Origin: Spirochaetia bacterium
GTDB lineage: Bacteria > Spirochaetota > Spirochaetia > SZUA-6 > Bin103
Direction of reading: 5' to 3'
Assembly (NCBI GenBank): GCA_965203905.1
Contig: CBDBDQ010000005.1
Location: 4,256,001-4,320,000, forward strand
DNA: 64,000 nt
Part shown: positions 1 through 10,221 of the stretch, in pieces
How the letters are laid out: every line of letters starts with the position of its first letter
Position numbering within the stretch: position 1 is the stretch's first letter
Notes under the pieces: generated by a model
The model's input: only the letters and a program-made list of their open reading frames with translations
Told to the model about the DNA's origin: nothing
Database searches by the model: none
Made by a program: the position numbers and the translations under genes

Positions 1-1
1 G

Positions 2-370
2 TGGCCGAACATCACGGCGCCGGTGCTCGTGACGTTCTCGATCACCATCGGCGGCATCATCATCGCGGAGGCCAGCCTGAGCTTCCTGGGGTTCGGGCTG
101 CCGACCACGGTGCCGAGCTGGGGCGGCATGCTGAGCCGGGAGGGGCGCCAGTTCATGGAGATGGCGCCGCGGCTGGCGATGTGGCCGGGGGTGGCGCTGA
201 CGGTGGTGGTGTACTGCCTGAACATATTCGGCGACGCGGTGCGCGACCTGCTCGACCCGCGGCTGCGCGGCAGCGGCGGCAGCGCCGCCGGCCTCGGCAG
301 CGGCGGCATGAGCGCCCGCGCCATCGAAGGCGCCCGCCGCGCCCTGCAGAAGGCCGACCGCTCCACCTGA
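2..370 (+). CDS. Peptide/nickel ABC transporter permease (DppC/OppC family), C-terminal part, truncated by the window edge
   Basis: PNITAPVLV...EASLSFLGFG..P..PSWGGML...GDAVRDLLDPR motifs. Confidence 0.9.
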   Translation, partial: WPNITAPVLVTFSITIGGIIIAEASLSFLGFGLPTTVPSWGGMLSREGRQFMEMAPRLAMWPGVALTVVVYCLNIFGDAVRDLLDPRLRGSGGSAAGLGSGGMSARAIEGARRALQKADRST

Positions 371-444
371 CCCGGCGCCAGGTATCCGGCACGCTGCCAG
401 CGGCGCGCCGGACGCTACTTCTTTGTCCGGCTGCGCGGGCGAGG

Positions 445-1443
445 TCAGCCGCGCTGGTCGCGTAATCGCCGGAGCGCGGCCAGGAAATCCGCCTCATCCG
501 CGCAGCCCAGTGCCGCCGTCAGCAGCGCCTCCTCGGACGCCGCGGCAAATGCCTCCGTAGTGGTGTCGAACGTCGCCGACACTTCGATGCCCCGTGACCG
601 CAGAATCTGACGGACCATCTGCGCGCGGCCTTCCGCGCGGGCTTCGGCGCGACCTTCCGCACGACCATGCTCGAACCCCTGGCGCCGCTGCGCTCGCAAC
701 AGCAGGTCGTCGTCCGGGCCGGTTCCTTCGCGCGCGCCGAGCGCCGCGGCAACCCGCTGCAACGCCGCGCTGGTGCGCGCCGACAATACCGGCTCGTTCA
801 GCGCCACGTGAATCTCTTCCGCCCGCCAGCCGGGAAACGCCCGGCTTTCGGCCGCAACCCGGAACCGACCGTGCTCCAGCAGGTGAATCGTCAGTCCCGG
901 GCGGCGCCGGTGGGGCCGGCTCGGTGACGGCGTGTCCGGCACCTCCACCCACACCTCCGGGAAGCCCCACGACTCGTACCGATCGAGCTTGCCGCGGTGG
1001 ACGTCGGTGGTGTGATCCACTTCCAGCACCACGTCGGGAAAGTCATCCTCGCCCACCACCATGGCCGCGGGCCCCGGCCTGGCCCGCGCCGGATGCAGGT
1101 ACACCGACTCGTCCGCCTGCATGATGCGCCGCGGCTCCCCCTCGGAGTCGCGCAGCAGCAGGTCCATCGAGCCGTAGCATTCGATCGGCGACCCGCGCAC
1201 GCCGGCAATCCGCTCGGCCAAGCGCGTCAGCAGACGCGATGGCCGCTCGTGATAGGGAGTGGTCGGATCGCAGATCCACGCGGTCTCGGTGCCCGCATCC
1301 CAATACTCGAGCCGCCCCTCGAAGCGATCGATCTCGGTGCGCGGCAGGCGAACGGGCTTGCAGCCGGGGAACGCGGGCGACTTGGCACGCCGGGATTGCG
1401 CTCCCTCACGCAGCCCGGTTGCCGGTGCTTCGGTGCTGGCCAT
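445..1443 (-). CDS. Uma2/DUF820-family putative PD-(D/E)XK endonuclease with C-terminal RAEG repeats
   Basis: QADES, PDVVLEVD, YESWGFPEVW motifs; ATG at 1443 preceded by TACGCT-N6. Confidence 0.8.
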   Translation of the reverse strand: MASTEAPATGLREGAQSRRAKSPAFPGCKPVRLPRTEIDRFEGRLEYWDAGTETAWICDPTTPYHERPSRLLTRLAERIAGVRGSPIECYGSMDLLLRDSEGEPRRIMQADESVYLHPARARPGPAAMVVGEDDFPDVVLEVDHTTDVHRGKLDRYESWGFPEVWVEVPDTPSPSRPHRRRPGLTIHLLEHGRFRVAAESRAFPGWRAEEIHVALNEPVLSARTSAALQRVAAALGAREGTGPDDDLLLRAQRRQGFEHGRAEGRAEARAEGRAQMVRQILRSRGIEVSATFDTTTEAFAAASEEALLTAALGCADEADFLAALRRLRDQRG

Positions 1444-1542
1444 GGCGCCAGCGTAGCCCACCTCTCGCGGGCATGCAAACCGAACGTTCCAGATCCGCAG
1501 CTTACCGTAGCACTCGAACGGCGTTCGTCCGCCATGCGGTGC

Positions 1543-1582
1543 CCCGGTTCAGAGTTGCTCCTCGATCCACTTGCCATCGTGC
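1543..1582. repeat. 40-bp direct repeat, copy 1 (copy 2 at 2912-2951)
   Basis: cccggttcagagttgctcctcgatccac[t/c]tgccatcgtgc, one mismatch; minus strand reads HDG(K/R)WIEEQL*. Confidence 0.9.
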
Positions 1583-1664
1583 GCGCCTATAGTCGCCAGG
1601 TATGGTCGCTGTGGTACGGCCTGGCGCTGTTGGCGGGGCATGCTCCCACGCGTATCATGGTGGC

Positions 1665-2051
1665 ATGGGTGCGTTCATGGTCGAGTGTAAGCTGCGGGAT
1701 GTCGCCCAGAGCGGTCCTGAGAAGACGATCGCCGCGGTGCTGGTGGACACCGGTTCGGAGTACACTTGGCTTCCGGAGGACGTTCTCCTGGCGGCGGGTG
1801 TCACAGTCGCTAAGAAGGACCTCGCGTTCGTGATGGCCAACGGCATGACCATCACGCGAGATGTTGGTTATGCCTTCCTTTCCAGTGGGGAGTTCGAGAC
1901 GGTGGACGAGGTTGTGTTCGCCCGCTCGGAAGATCTGAGTTTGCTCGGCGCCAGAACGCTGGAGGGATTCGCCGCGCGGGTGGATTCGCGCGAGAAGCGT
2001 TTGGTCGCCGCAGGGCCGATTCCTGTCGCAGGTACTGTCGCGGTCCACTGA
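1665..2051 (+). CDS. Small clan AA (retropepsin-like) aspartic protease
   Basis: LVDTGS catalytic motif and LLGARTLEGF; TATCAT-N6-ATG. Confidence 0.85.
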   Translation: MGAFMVECKLRDVAQSGPEKTIAAVLVDTGSEYTWLPEDVLLAAGVTVAKKDLAFVMANGMTITRDVGYAFLSSGEFETVDEVVFARSEDLSLLGARTLEGFAARVDSREKRLVAAGPIPVAGTVAVH

Positions 2052-2146
2052 CTCCACCGTGGGACGACACAAGTGTCGCGGGGCGTGGTTTGCCGCCGCC
2101 GTCGCATCCAGCGCGGGTAGAGGTCGCGAGACACGACGGCCGACGT

Positions 2147-2905
2147 CCGCCTCATTCGTGCAGCCCAGCGCCGCCGTCAGCAGCGCCTCCTCGGACGCCG
2201 CGGCAAACGCCTCCGGAGCGGTGTCGAACGTCGCCGACACTTCGATGCCCCGTGACCGCAGAATCTGGCGGACCATCTGCGTGCGGGCTTCCGCGCGACC
2301 CTCTGCGTGGCCTTCCGCACGACCTGCCGCGTGGCCATGCTCGAACCCCTGGCGCCGCTGCGCTCGCAACAGCAGGTCGTCGTCCGGGCCGGTGCCTTCG
2401 CGCGCGCCGAGCGCCGCGGCAACACGCTGCAACGCCGCGCTGGTGCGCTCCGACAGTACCGGCTCGTTCAGCGCCACATGGATCTCTTCCGCCCGCCATC
2501 CGGGAAACGCCCGGCTCTCGGCCGCAACCCGGAACCGACCGTGCTCCAGCAGGTGAATCGTCAGTCCCGGGCGGCGCCGGTGGGGCCGGCTCGGTGACAG
2601 CGTGTCCGGCACCTCCACCCACACCTCCGGGAAGCCCCACGACTCGTACCGATCGAGCTTGCCGCGGTGGACGTCGGTGGTGTGATCCACTTCCAGCACC
2701 ACGTCGGGAAAGTCATCCTCGCCCACCACCATGGCCGCCGGCCCCGGCTTGGCCCGCCCGGGATGCAGGTACACCGACTCGTCGGCCTGCATGATGCGCT
2801 GCGGCTCCCCTCGGAGTCGCGCAGCAGCCGGTCCATCGAGCCGTAGCACTCGATCGGCGACCCGCGCACTCCGGCGATCTGCCCGGCCAAGGGCGTCAGA
2901 AGACG
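2147..2905 (-). pseudogene. Degenerate duplicate of the Uma2-family gene
   Basis: Near-identical to about 488-1235; 1-bp deletion (CCCC at 2807-2810 vs CCCCC at 1137-1141); 5' end missing and 3' end replaced. Confidence 0.85.
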
Positions 2906-2911
2906 AGGGGT

Positions 2912-2951
2912 CCCGGTTCAGAGTTGCTCCTCGATCCACCTGCCATCGTGC
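2912..2951. repeat. 40-bp direct repeat, copy 2
   Basis: Matches 1543-1582 with one mismatch. Confidence 0.9.
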
Positions 2952-3454
2952 TCGATGATGCCGCTCTCAGCCCGGATTTCATCCGCTCGATTGACCAACG
3001 TGATTGACAGGCCTGAGCATCCTGGATTAGTATGATTCTCGGCGTCAGGGCAGTTTCAATGCGTGTGACCGGCAATGACAACAGACGTCGACAGCAGACA
3101 TCACCCCCTACCTCGGGCGACGCACGGCAGCGCGCTCGCCATTCCCGCGAAAACACTCACCTGAGGCTCAGTACCCACCGGAGGCGCACGTCTCAGCGTA
3201 GCACCAGGAAGGACCTGCCCGCAGCCCGCAGGAGGTGCGTCATGATTCTCAGGACCGCCCACGACTGAATGGACTGAGCCCGGTTGCCCCGGTGCACTGC
3301 GCGGGAGGCGCGTGAGAGGAGGCATGCGCGCACCCGCACGAGAGGAGCACCGACCGGCGACTCACCGGCGCTGGCAGCAAGCCGGCGCTGCATCCTCTCC
3401 TGGAATCGAGCAATCGAGATCGTCGATCGGACAACGCAGAGTCAGGAGGTAGTG

Positions 3455-5257
3455 ATGATGAATCGCTACAAGTGGACGAGTATCCTCGTCGTCGTCCTTA
3501 TGGCCCCCACCACAGTGCTGTGGGCAAGCGGAGAGGTAGAAGGGGCAGCCGCTGCACCGCGCGAGATGGTGGTAAACTGGCTAGGTGAATCTGTAGAAAA
3601 GCCGGAGCATGGTGGCGTGCTCAATATAGCTACCGCGTTTACCGCCGTTGACTCCTGGGATCAGTGGCGCTATCACCAGACCGGAACTCCCTTTACCGCC
3701 GGCGTTTACCAGGCGCTCGGAGCGATAGACATCAGAACTCCCATCGAAGATAATCAGTTCCAAACCTCAATGTTCACCTGGGACCAGTGGTACGGGATTG
3801 TCGCCGAGAGCTGGGAGCAGACTGATCCCTTGACCATCACCGTCAACGTCAGGCAGGGCATAAAGTGGCAGAACAAAGCACCGATGAATGGCAGGGAACT
3901 GACTGCCGATGATGTCGTCTTTACCCTGCACCGGCAGTATGGTCTGGGCAGTGGCTACACCGAAAAGAGCCCGTACCTCGGGGACCCTCATGTCGAGTGG
4001 CTTGCCGGTTCTACGGTAACCGCACTCGACCGCTACACGGTCCAGGTCGTCACCGATGTCCCGCGGCCGTTCCTGGCATTCGCCATGATGTGCTTTGGCT
4101 GCGGCCTGGTTATCCAGCCGATGGAAGTGATCCAGGAACACGGCGACCTCGAGGATTGGCGCAACGCGGTGGGCACCGGTGCCTGGATGCTGGAGGACTA
4201 CGTGCCGGGTTCCCTGGTGCAGTACTCACGGAATCCCGACTACTGGGAGAATGATCCGCGCTATCCGGGAGAGAATCTGCAGTTGCCGTATGCCGATCAG
4301 CTCAATTACCTGATGTTACCCGACGAATCCACCCGTTTGGCGGCATTGCGGACGGGCAAAATCGCCCAAGCTGGCGGGCAACAGCAGAATATCGACTGGC
4401 GGACGGCAGAAGGTCTCCAGAGCACCAACCCCGAGCTCAACTTTCTCGAGGTTGCCGGGTCGGGCGGAAACGCCTGGGGGTTCAGCATCCGGGTCGACCG
4501 GGAGCCGTTCGACGACATCCGCGTGCGACAAGCCATAGCGATGGCCGTGAATACGCAGGAGATAACGGAAGACTACTACGGCGGCAACGCGGAAGAGTAT
4601 CCGTACCCCGCGCTCTCGCTGTCATGGCCGAAACAGTACATCAAGCCGATTTCACACTTCTCACCGGAGGTTCAGGAGACGTTCGGCTATAACCCCGAGA
4701 AGGCCAAGGCGCTGCTGGCGGAGGCTGGTTATGCCGACGGCTTCAAGACCGACATGCCGATCTCGGCGATCATGGACCTGGAGCTGTATGAACTGGCGGT
4801 CAGCTACCTGGCCGCGGTCGGCATCGAAGTCGATATCCGGGTCATGGAGCACGGGGTCTACAAGGACATCGAGTATGCCGGCGAATACGACGGAATGTTC
4901 TCTCAATATGATCCGATGTCGAATCTGCCGCCGTATCACGTCCTGGCCTGGTATCAGACTGACATCGGGTGGAACGCGAGTCGCGTGAGTGACCCGGAGT
5001 ACGAGCGCCTGCGTGAGGCGGTACTGCAGGAACCCGATCCCGAGAAGCAGAACGAGATGTTCCACCGGTTGTACGAGATGCCGTACGAGTATACCTGGAT
5101 CATTCCGTTTGCCTTGGCAAAGGAGTTCGTGTTCTGGCAGCCATGGCTCAAGGGCTTCCGCGGGGAGGAGAAAACCCACGGCTGTGACCAGAAGTTGAAT
5201 GCCATGAAGTACGCCTGGATCGACCAGAGTCTGCAGAGCGAGATGGGACACTCGTAG
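3455..5257 (+). CDS. ABC transporter substrate-binding protein, family 5 (peptide/nickel)
   Basis: GGAGGT RBS; signal peptide; AESWE, GRELTADDVVFT, GTGAW, PFDDIRVRQA, YNPEKAKALL. Confidence 0.92.
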   Translation: MMNRYKWTSILVVVLMAPTTVLWASGEVEGAAAAPREMVVNWLGESVEKPEHGGVLNIATAFTAVDSWDQWRYHQTGTPFTAGVYQALGAIDIRTPIEDNQFQTSMFTWDQWYGIVAESWEQTDPLTITVNVRQGIKWQNKAPMNGRELTADDVVFTLHRQYGLGSGYTEKSPYLGDPHVEWLAGSTVTALDRYTVQVVTDVPRPFLAFAMMCFGCGLVIQPMEVIQEHGDLEDWRNAVGTGAWMLEDYVPGSLVQYSRNPDYWENDPRYPGENLQLPYADQLNYLMLPDESTRLAALRTGKIAQAGGQQQNIDWRTAEGLQSTNPELNFLEVAGSGGNAWGFSIRVDREPFDDIRVRQAIAMAVNTQEITEDYYGGNAEEYPYPALSLSWPKQYIKPISHFSPEVQETFGYNPEKAKALLAEAGYADGFKTDMPISAIMDLELYELAVSYLAAVGIEVDIRVMEHGVYKDIEYAGEYDGMFSQYDPMSNLPPYHVLAWYQTDIGWNASRVSDPEYERLREAVLQEPDPEKQNEMFHRLYEMPYEYTWIIPFALAKEFVFWQPWLKGFRGEEKTHGCDQKLNAMKYAWIDQSLQSEMGHS

Positions 5258-5318
5258 TTGCCAGACGTACACGTATGAAATGAGGGTCTGCTGGCGCACG
5301 TCAGCAGGCCCGTTTACT

Positions 5319-6275
5319 TTAGCGCCCCGACGGAACTCCCGTTTTCTTCGTCTCCATGCGGTTATAGCTTCCTGTGCCGCCTCTCAGTCTGGGGTCCAAC
5401 AGATCCCGCACCGCATCTCCGAACATGTTGGTCGCGTAGATGACGGCGCCCAGGGCAAGGCCGGGCCAGAACGCCAGGCCGGGGGCGATGAACAGGTACT
5501 TGCGAGCGGTTCCACTGAGCATGCCGCCCCAACTCGGCTCGGGCGGCGGGACGCCGAATCCGAGAAAGCTCAACGTCGCTTCCAGCAGGATTACACTCCC
5601 CATTCTGATGGAAACGATGATCAGCACGGCGGGCATGATATTGGGCAGAATGTGGCGCGCAAAGATCCGCCAGATCCGGGATCCAATAGCGTCCGCGGCC
5701 TGCACGTACACCTCTTCCTTGATGCCGAGCACGGCACTTCTGATGACCCGCGACGTGGTGATCCCCATGTGCAACCCAACGATGACTATTACCTGCAACA
5801 TGCCCGGTCCAACGATCGACATTATGGTGATCAGAATCAGGATGTCGGGAAAGCACATCCACGCGTCAACCAGCCGCTGCATGAAAATGTCGTACTTGCC
5901 GCCGAGAAACGCGCTTGGGATACCGATCAGCAGCGAGACCACGACGGACAGGAGCGTGGCAAACACGCCTACGATCATGGACACGCGAGCGCCGTAGATG
6001 ACCCGGCTGAGCAGGTCTCGTCCCAACGTATCGGTGCCCAGAAGGTACTCCGCTGACGGTGGTTTGAGCCGGTCCGCCGGGTGAGGTTCGTTGACGCCGT
6101 CCGGTGCCAGGACAGGGGCAAAAATGCCGGTCGCAAAGAACACGAGGACGACGACACCCCCCAGCGCACCCAGGGGTTTTTCTCTGATCAACCTGATGGC
6201 GAACTCGGCCAGTGGCCGGCGTCTCCTCGGCTCCGTCGCGGCCGCGGCCGACGCCTGTTCCGGAGCGCTACTCAC
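5319..6275 (-). CDS. Peptide ABC permease (DppC/OppC family)
   Basis: LGTDTLGRDLLSRVIYGAR, HILPN, PSWGGML. Confidence 0.93.
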   Translation of the reverse strand: MSSAPEQASAAAATEPRRRRPLAEFAIRLIREKPLGALGGVVVLVFFATGIFAPVLAPDGVNEPHPADRLKPPSAEYLLGTDTLGRDLLSRVIYGARVSMIVGVFATLLSVVVSLLIGIPSAFLGGKYDIFMQRLVDAWMCFPDILILITIMSIVGPGMLQVIVIVGLHMGITTSRVIRSAVLGIKEEVYVQAADAIGSRIWRIFARHILPNIMPAVLIIVSIRMGSVILLEATLSFLGFGVPPPEPSWGGMLSGTARKYLFIAPGLAFWPGLALGAVIYATNMFGDAVRDLLDPRLRGGTGSYNRMETKKTGVPSGR

Positions 6276-7248
6276 CTCCCGTATCCTGCCCCACCTGGTA
6301 CGAAATCCGAGGATCGAGCCACGCGTAGGTCAGATCAACGCCCAGATTGACCAGCAGCACGAACCCGGCGAAGAACAGGTTCACGCCGGAGACGATGGTA
6401 TAGTCGCGATAGCTCAGGGCGTCTACCGCGAGCATGCCCATGCCGGGGAGCGCGAATATCTTCTCGATCACCACCTGACCGCCAATGAGGATCGGGATCA
6501 TCAAGCCGATATAGGTGATCACCGGAATCAACGCATTCTTGAGCGCGTGTCGGTACACCACCAGTCGTTCCCGGAGGCCTTTCGACCAGGCGGTCCTGAC
6601 GTAGTCCTGCCGGAGCACGTCGAGCATCATGGTGCGTGACATCCTCATGGTGACTCCGGACATGCTCATGCCCAGTACAACCGCTGGAACGATCACTATC
6701 TTCAGGTTCTCCAGGGGATCCTCAAGAAAGGGAACGTAGAGGACAGGTGGCGACCAGTTCCACCAGATTGACGGGTAGACCATGACCATGGTCGCAAGCC
6801 AGAATCCGGGGACGGCGATACCGAAGATGGCGAATATACGGCCCACGTAGTCCGCTACCGTATCCTGCCTCAAGGCCGAGTACACCCCTATCGGTACGGC
6901 CACCAGTTGCGACAGGATCAGTGCCAACAAGCCAACTTCAAAGGTGACCGGTATCCGACGCAGGATCTCTTCGGTGATGGGCGTCTTCCAGCGCAGAGAG
7001 TTCCCGAGGTCTCCCTGGGTAAGGATATTCGTCATCCAGCGTACGTATTGCACGTGAGCCGGGACGTCCAGCCCGAGCATCGCTTCCAACTGCGCACGGT
7101 CGATGTTGCCGATGCCGCCACCCAATTCGGACAGCGTCAGAGTAATGATGTCACCGGGAATGAGCCGAATGGTAAAAAAGACGATCAGCGTGACAATGAA
7201 GAGCGTAGGGATGACGAGCAATGCGCGTCGTACCAGGTACCCGGTCAT
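6268..7248 (-). CDS. Peptide ABC permease (DppB/OppB family)
   Basis: YLVRR..IPTL, GDLGNS, QDYVRTAWSKGL, HALKNALIP, LDPRI. Confidence 0.93.
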   Translation of the reverse strand: MTGYLVRRALLVIPTLFIVTLIVFFTIRLIPGDIITLTLSELGGGIGNIDRAQLEAMLGLDVPAHVQYVRWMTNILTQGDLGNSLRWKTPITEEILRRIPVTFEVGLLALILSQLVAVPIGVYSALRQDTVADYVGRIFAIFGIAVPGFWLATMVMVYPSIWWNWSPPVLYVPFLEDPLENLKIVIVPAVVLGMSMSGVTMRMSRTMMLDVLRQDYVRTAWSKGLRERLVVYRHALKNALIPVITYIGLMIPILIGGQVVIEKIFALPGMGMLAVDALSYRDYTIVSGVNLFFAGFVLLVNLGVDLTYAWLDPRISYQVGQDTGGE

Positions 7249-7392
7249 GTTGCTACCAGCCCTTGGACCCTACCGCACACCGGCCGTGCCCTTCAACGTG
7301 AGACACCGCGGGTGAAGTGGTATCGCAACTGATGCAGCGCAGCGACCTGCAGGAATGGCTACCGGCCGGCAGGTGATCTGGGCCGGCTGGCG

Positions 7393-8496
7393 TCAGGCGG
7401 CCTCGTCGAACAGGATCACGCCGCGCTTGTGGCCGCCCTTGAGCAGGTCGGCGTAGGCCTCGTTGATCTGGTCGAGGCGGTAGTGGGCCGAGACCAGCTC
7501 GTCGAGCAGCAGCTTGCCGGCGCGGTAGAGCGCGAGCAGGCGCGGAAACTCCCGGTGCGGATCGGTGGAGCCGAAGAATGAGCCGTAGATCCGCTTCTCA
7601 TTCACGTGCAGGTCGAGGCCGGAGTAACGGGTGACCGACCTCGACGGTGCCACGCCGACCACCACCAGGGCGCCGCCCCGGCGCGCGGCCTTGTAGGCGG
7701 CCTCCTGCACCGCCGGCGCGCCGACCGCCTCGAACGCGAAATCCACGCCGCGCCCGCCGGTGAGGGCGCGCACCTGCTCCTGCGCGTCGTCTCCCGCCAC
7801 CACGCCCTCGGTGGCGCCGAACTGGCGTGCGATTTCCAGCTTGGCCGGGTCGGTGTCCACGGCGATGATCGGGTTGGCGCCGCTCAGGCGCGCGCCCTGC
7901 ACCACGTTCAGTCCCACGCCGCCGCAGCCGTACACCGCGACGCTCTCGCCGGGCCGAATGGACACCGTGTTCAGCGCGGCCCCGACGCCGGTGGTCACGG
8001 CACAGCCCACCAGCGCCGCGACGTCGAAGCGGATGTCTTCCGGTATCACCACGCACGACTGCTCCGGCGCTATCACCTGCTCGGCAAAGGTGGACACCAC
8101 GCTGAACTGGTTCACCCGTTCGCCGTTCAGGGTCAGCCGCGTGCTGCCGTCATGCATGGTGCCGTTGTGCCAGTACCACATGGTTTCGCACAGCCCGTTC
8201 TGGCCGCGCAGGCAGTAGAAGCAGCCGCCGCAGGAGGGCGCCCAGTTGATGATCACGTGCTGGCCCGGTTTGACGCGGGTCACCTGGCTGCCCACTTCCT
8301 CCACGATGCCGGCGCCCTCGTGGCCCAGGACCACCGGCTTGGGGCGGTCGAGCTTGCCCATCACGAAGTGCCAGTCGCTGTGGCAGGTGCCCGCGGCGGC
8401 CAGCCGCACGCGCACCTCGTCCGGCTGGGGTGGCTGCAGCTCCACCTCCTCGATAACGAACGGTCCGCCCACTTCATGCAATACCGCGGCTTTCAT
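7393..8496 (-). CDS. Zn-dependent alcohol dehydrogenase (class III-like)
   Basis: CHSD, GHEGAG, structural-zinc cysteines, GCGGVG. Confidence 0.93.
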   Translation of the reverse strand: MKAAVLHEVGGPFVIEEVELQPPQPDEVRVRLAAAGTCHSDWHFVMGKLDRPKPVVLGHEGAGIVEEVGSQVTRVKPGQHVIINWAPSCGGCFYCLRGQNGLCETMWYWHNGTMHDGSTRLTLNGERVNQFSVVSTFAEQVIAPEQSCVVIPEDIRFDVAALVGCAVTTGVGAALNTVSIRPGESVAVYGCGGVGLNVVQGARLSGANPIIAVDTDPAKLEIARQFGATEGVVAGDDAQEQVRALTGGRGVDFAFEAVGAPAVQEAAYKAARRGGALVVVGVAPSRSVTRYSGLDLHVNEKRIYGSFFGSTDPHREFPRLLALYRAGKLLLDELVSAHYRLDQINEAYADLLKGGHKRGVILFDEAA

Positions 8497-8622
8497 CTGT
8501 CACCGCCTCCTCCCGTACCTGCCAAGCACGTCGAGGCAGCCTACCAGAGAAGGTTCACCCATCGCCAGCCGCTCGCGCGGGAGGCTTGCGTGGCGGTCGC
8601 GGGAGACGGCATCATGCGGCCC

Positions 8623-9474
8623 ATGGCACAGATAGAGGGCAGGCTTGCCGGGAAGGTGGCAATCGTCACCGGCGGCACCAGCGGCATGGGAGAGGCGACC
8701 GTCGAGCGCTACGTGGCCGAGGGCGCGCGGGTGATGATCGCCGGACGGCGCGAGGACGCCGGCAGCGCGCTCGTGGAACGGCTCGGAGCGGATGCCGCGT
8801 TCACCCGCACCGACGTGACCCGCGAGGCGGAGGTGGAGCGCCTGGTGGCGGCCACCGTCGACCGCTGGGGCCGGATCGACATCCTGTTCAACAACGCCGG
8901 TTCCGGCCACCCCTACCGGCTGGTGGAGGAGTTCGACGGCGAGGAGTTCCTGGCCGACGTGTGGACTCTGGTTGGCTCCTGCTTCCTCACGGTCAAGTAC
9001 GTGGGCCCGATCATGAAGCGCCAGGGCGCCGGCAGCATCATCAACAACGGCAGCACAGCGGCGGTGATCACCGACGGCTCGTCGGCCAGCTACTCGGCCT
9101 GCAAGGCGGCGATGATCCAGGTGACCAAGGTATGGGCCACCGAACTGATTTCCCACGGCGTGCGCGTGAACTGCATCTCGCCGGGGGCGATCACGACGCC
9201 GATCTTCTGGGGCGGCGCCGGCACCCAGACCCCGGAGGAGAACCGCGCCCGGATGGAACGCCTGGATCGCTGGTGGATCGACAACCGGCCGCAGAACCGG
9301 CCCGGGAGTCCCGACGACATAGCCTACGCGGCCGTGTTCCTCGGCAGCGACGAGAGCCTCCACGTCAGCGGCCACAACCTGATGGTCGATGTCGGCGCCA
9401 CGGTCACCAGGGGGGCATTCGAAGAACTGAACGAGATGAAAGCCCAGCGCGACCGCATCATCGCCGGAGAGTGA
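8623..9474 (+). CDS. SDR family oxidoreductase
   Basis: TGGTSGMG, NNAG, YSACK, VRVNCISPG. Confidence 0.92.
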   Translation: MAQIEGRLAGKVAIVTGGTSGMGEATVERYVAEGARVMIAGRREDAGSALVERLGADAAFTRTDVTREAEVERLVAATVDRWGRIDILFNNAGSGHPYRLVEEFDGEEFLADVWTLVGSCFLTVKYVGPIMKRQGAGSIINNGSTAAVITDGSSASYSACKAAMIQVTKVWATELISHGVRVNCISPGAITTPIFWGGAGTQTPEENRARMERLDRWWIDNRPQNRPGSPDDIAYAAVFLGSDESLHVSGHNLMVDVGATVTRGAFEELNEMKAQRDRIIAGE

Positions 9475-9523
9475 ACCGAGGAGCACCGGCAGCGCAACGC
9501 GGGTGCGCTGCCCGTGGCGGCGG

Positions 9524-9558
9524 TTGACATTCCCGGTTCATGTTTTCATGTTTTTTTC
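9524..9558 (+). promoter_or_regulatory. Sigma70-like promoter of vapBC overlapped by TTCATG repeats (probable autoregulatory operator)
   Basis: TTGACA(9524)-N17-CATGTT(9547)-N6-ATG; TTCATG at 9537, 9545, 9556. Confidence 0.6.
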
Positions 9559-9786
9559 ATGGCACACATTCAGATCCGCAATGTCCCGGATGCGCTGCAC
9601 CGACGTCTCAAGGCGCGGGCGGCGATGGAGGGCGTCTCCATGTCACAGTACCTGCTATGGCAGATCGAGCGGTCGCTGGCACGGCCGAGTCGGCGGGAAA
9701 CGCTGGACGCCATTCGCCGTGAGCCGCCGCTGATTCTGGACCCGACGCCCGCCGACGTCCTGCGCGAGGAACGGGACGCGCGCTGA
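9559..9786 (+). CDS. FitA/VapB-like ribbon-helix-helix antitoxin
   Basis: IQIRNVPDALHRRLKARAA..G.SMS; stop overlaps the toxin start. Confidence 0.88.
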   Translation: MAHIQIRNVPDALHRRLKARAAMEGVSMSQYLLWQIERSLARPSRRETLDAIRREPPLILDPTPADVLREERDAR

Positions 9787-10175
9787 TGGTCCTCGACGCC
9801 TCAGCGGCGGTCGAGCTTCTGCTCAATACGCCCGCGGGCCGTCGAGTCTCGTCCCGCCTCGCGGACGAAACGGAAGCTATCCACGCCCCTTACCTGATAG
9901 ACATAGAGGTCGCCCAGGTACTGCGCCGACACGTACTCCACGGGCTGTTGGCAGACACGCGCGCCGTGCGGGCGCTCGATCGCTGGCGCGACCTCGACAT
10001 CGAACGATATCCGCATACGCCTCTGTTGGACCGGGTCTGGCAACTGCGGCACAACGTGAGCGCCTACGATGCGGTGTACGTGGCCCTTGCCGAGGCATTG
10101 TCCATCCCGCTCGTTACCGGCGACGGAAGGCTCGCAAGGGCACCGGGGCTGAACGCCCTGATCGAGTTGGCATAG
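9786..10175 (+). CDS. vapC: PIN-domain toxin VapC
   Basis: VLDAS, IEV, SAYDAVYVALAE, LVTGD acidic tetrad. Confidence 0.92.
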   Translation: MVLDASAAVELLLNTPAGRRVSSRLADETEAIHAPYLIDIEVAQVLRRHVLHGLLADTRAVRALDRWRDLDIERYPHTPLLDRVWQLRHNVSAYDAVYVALAEALSIPLVTGDGRLARAPGLNALIELA

Positions 10176-10221
10176 CGCCTGCCGCTACCGAGTAGGGGCG
10201 ACGGCGCCCGGGGCGCGGCCA

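Noticed and set aside
1587-2939. 450-aa minus-strand ORF as a real gene
   Set aside because: Read-through of the frameshifted Uma2 copy into the antisense strand of the protease gene.
3240-3440. Riboswitch upstream of the peptide SBP
   Set aside because: I could not match cobalamin, TPP, glycine or SAM consensus elements by eye.
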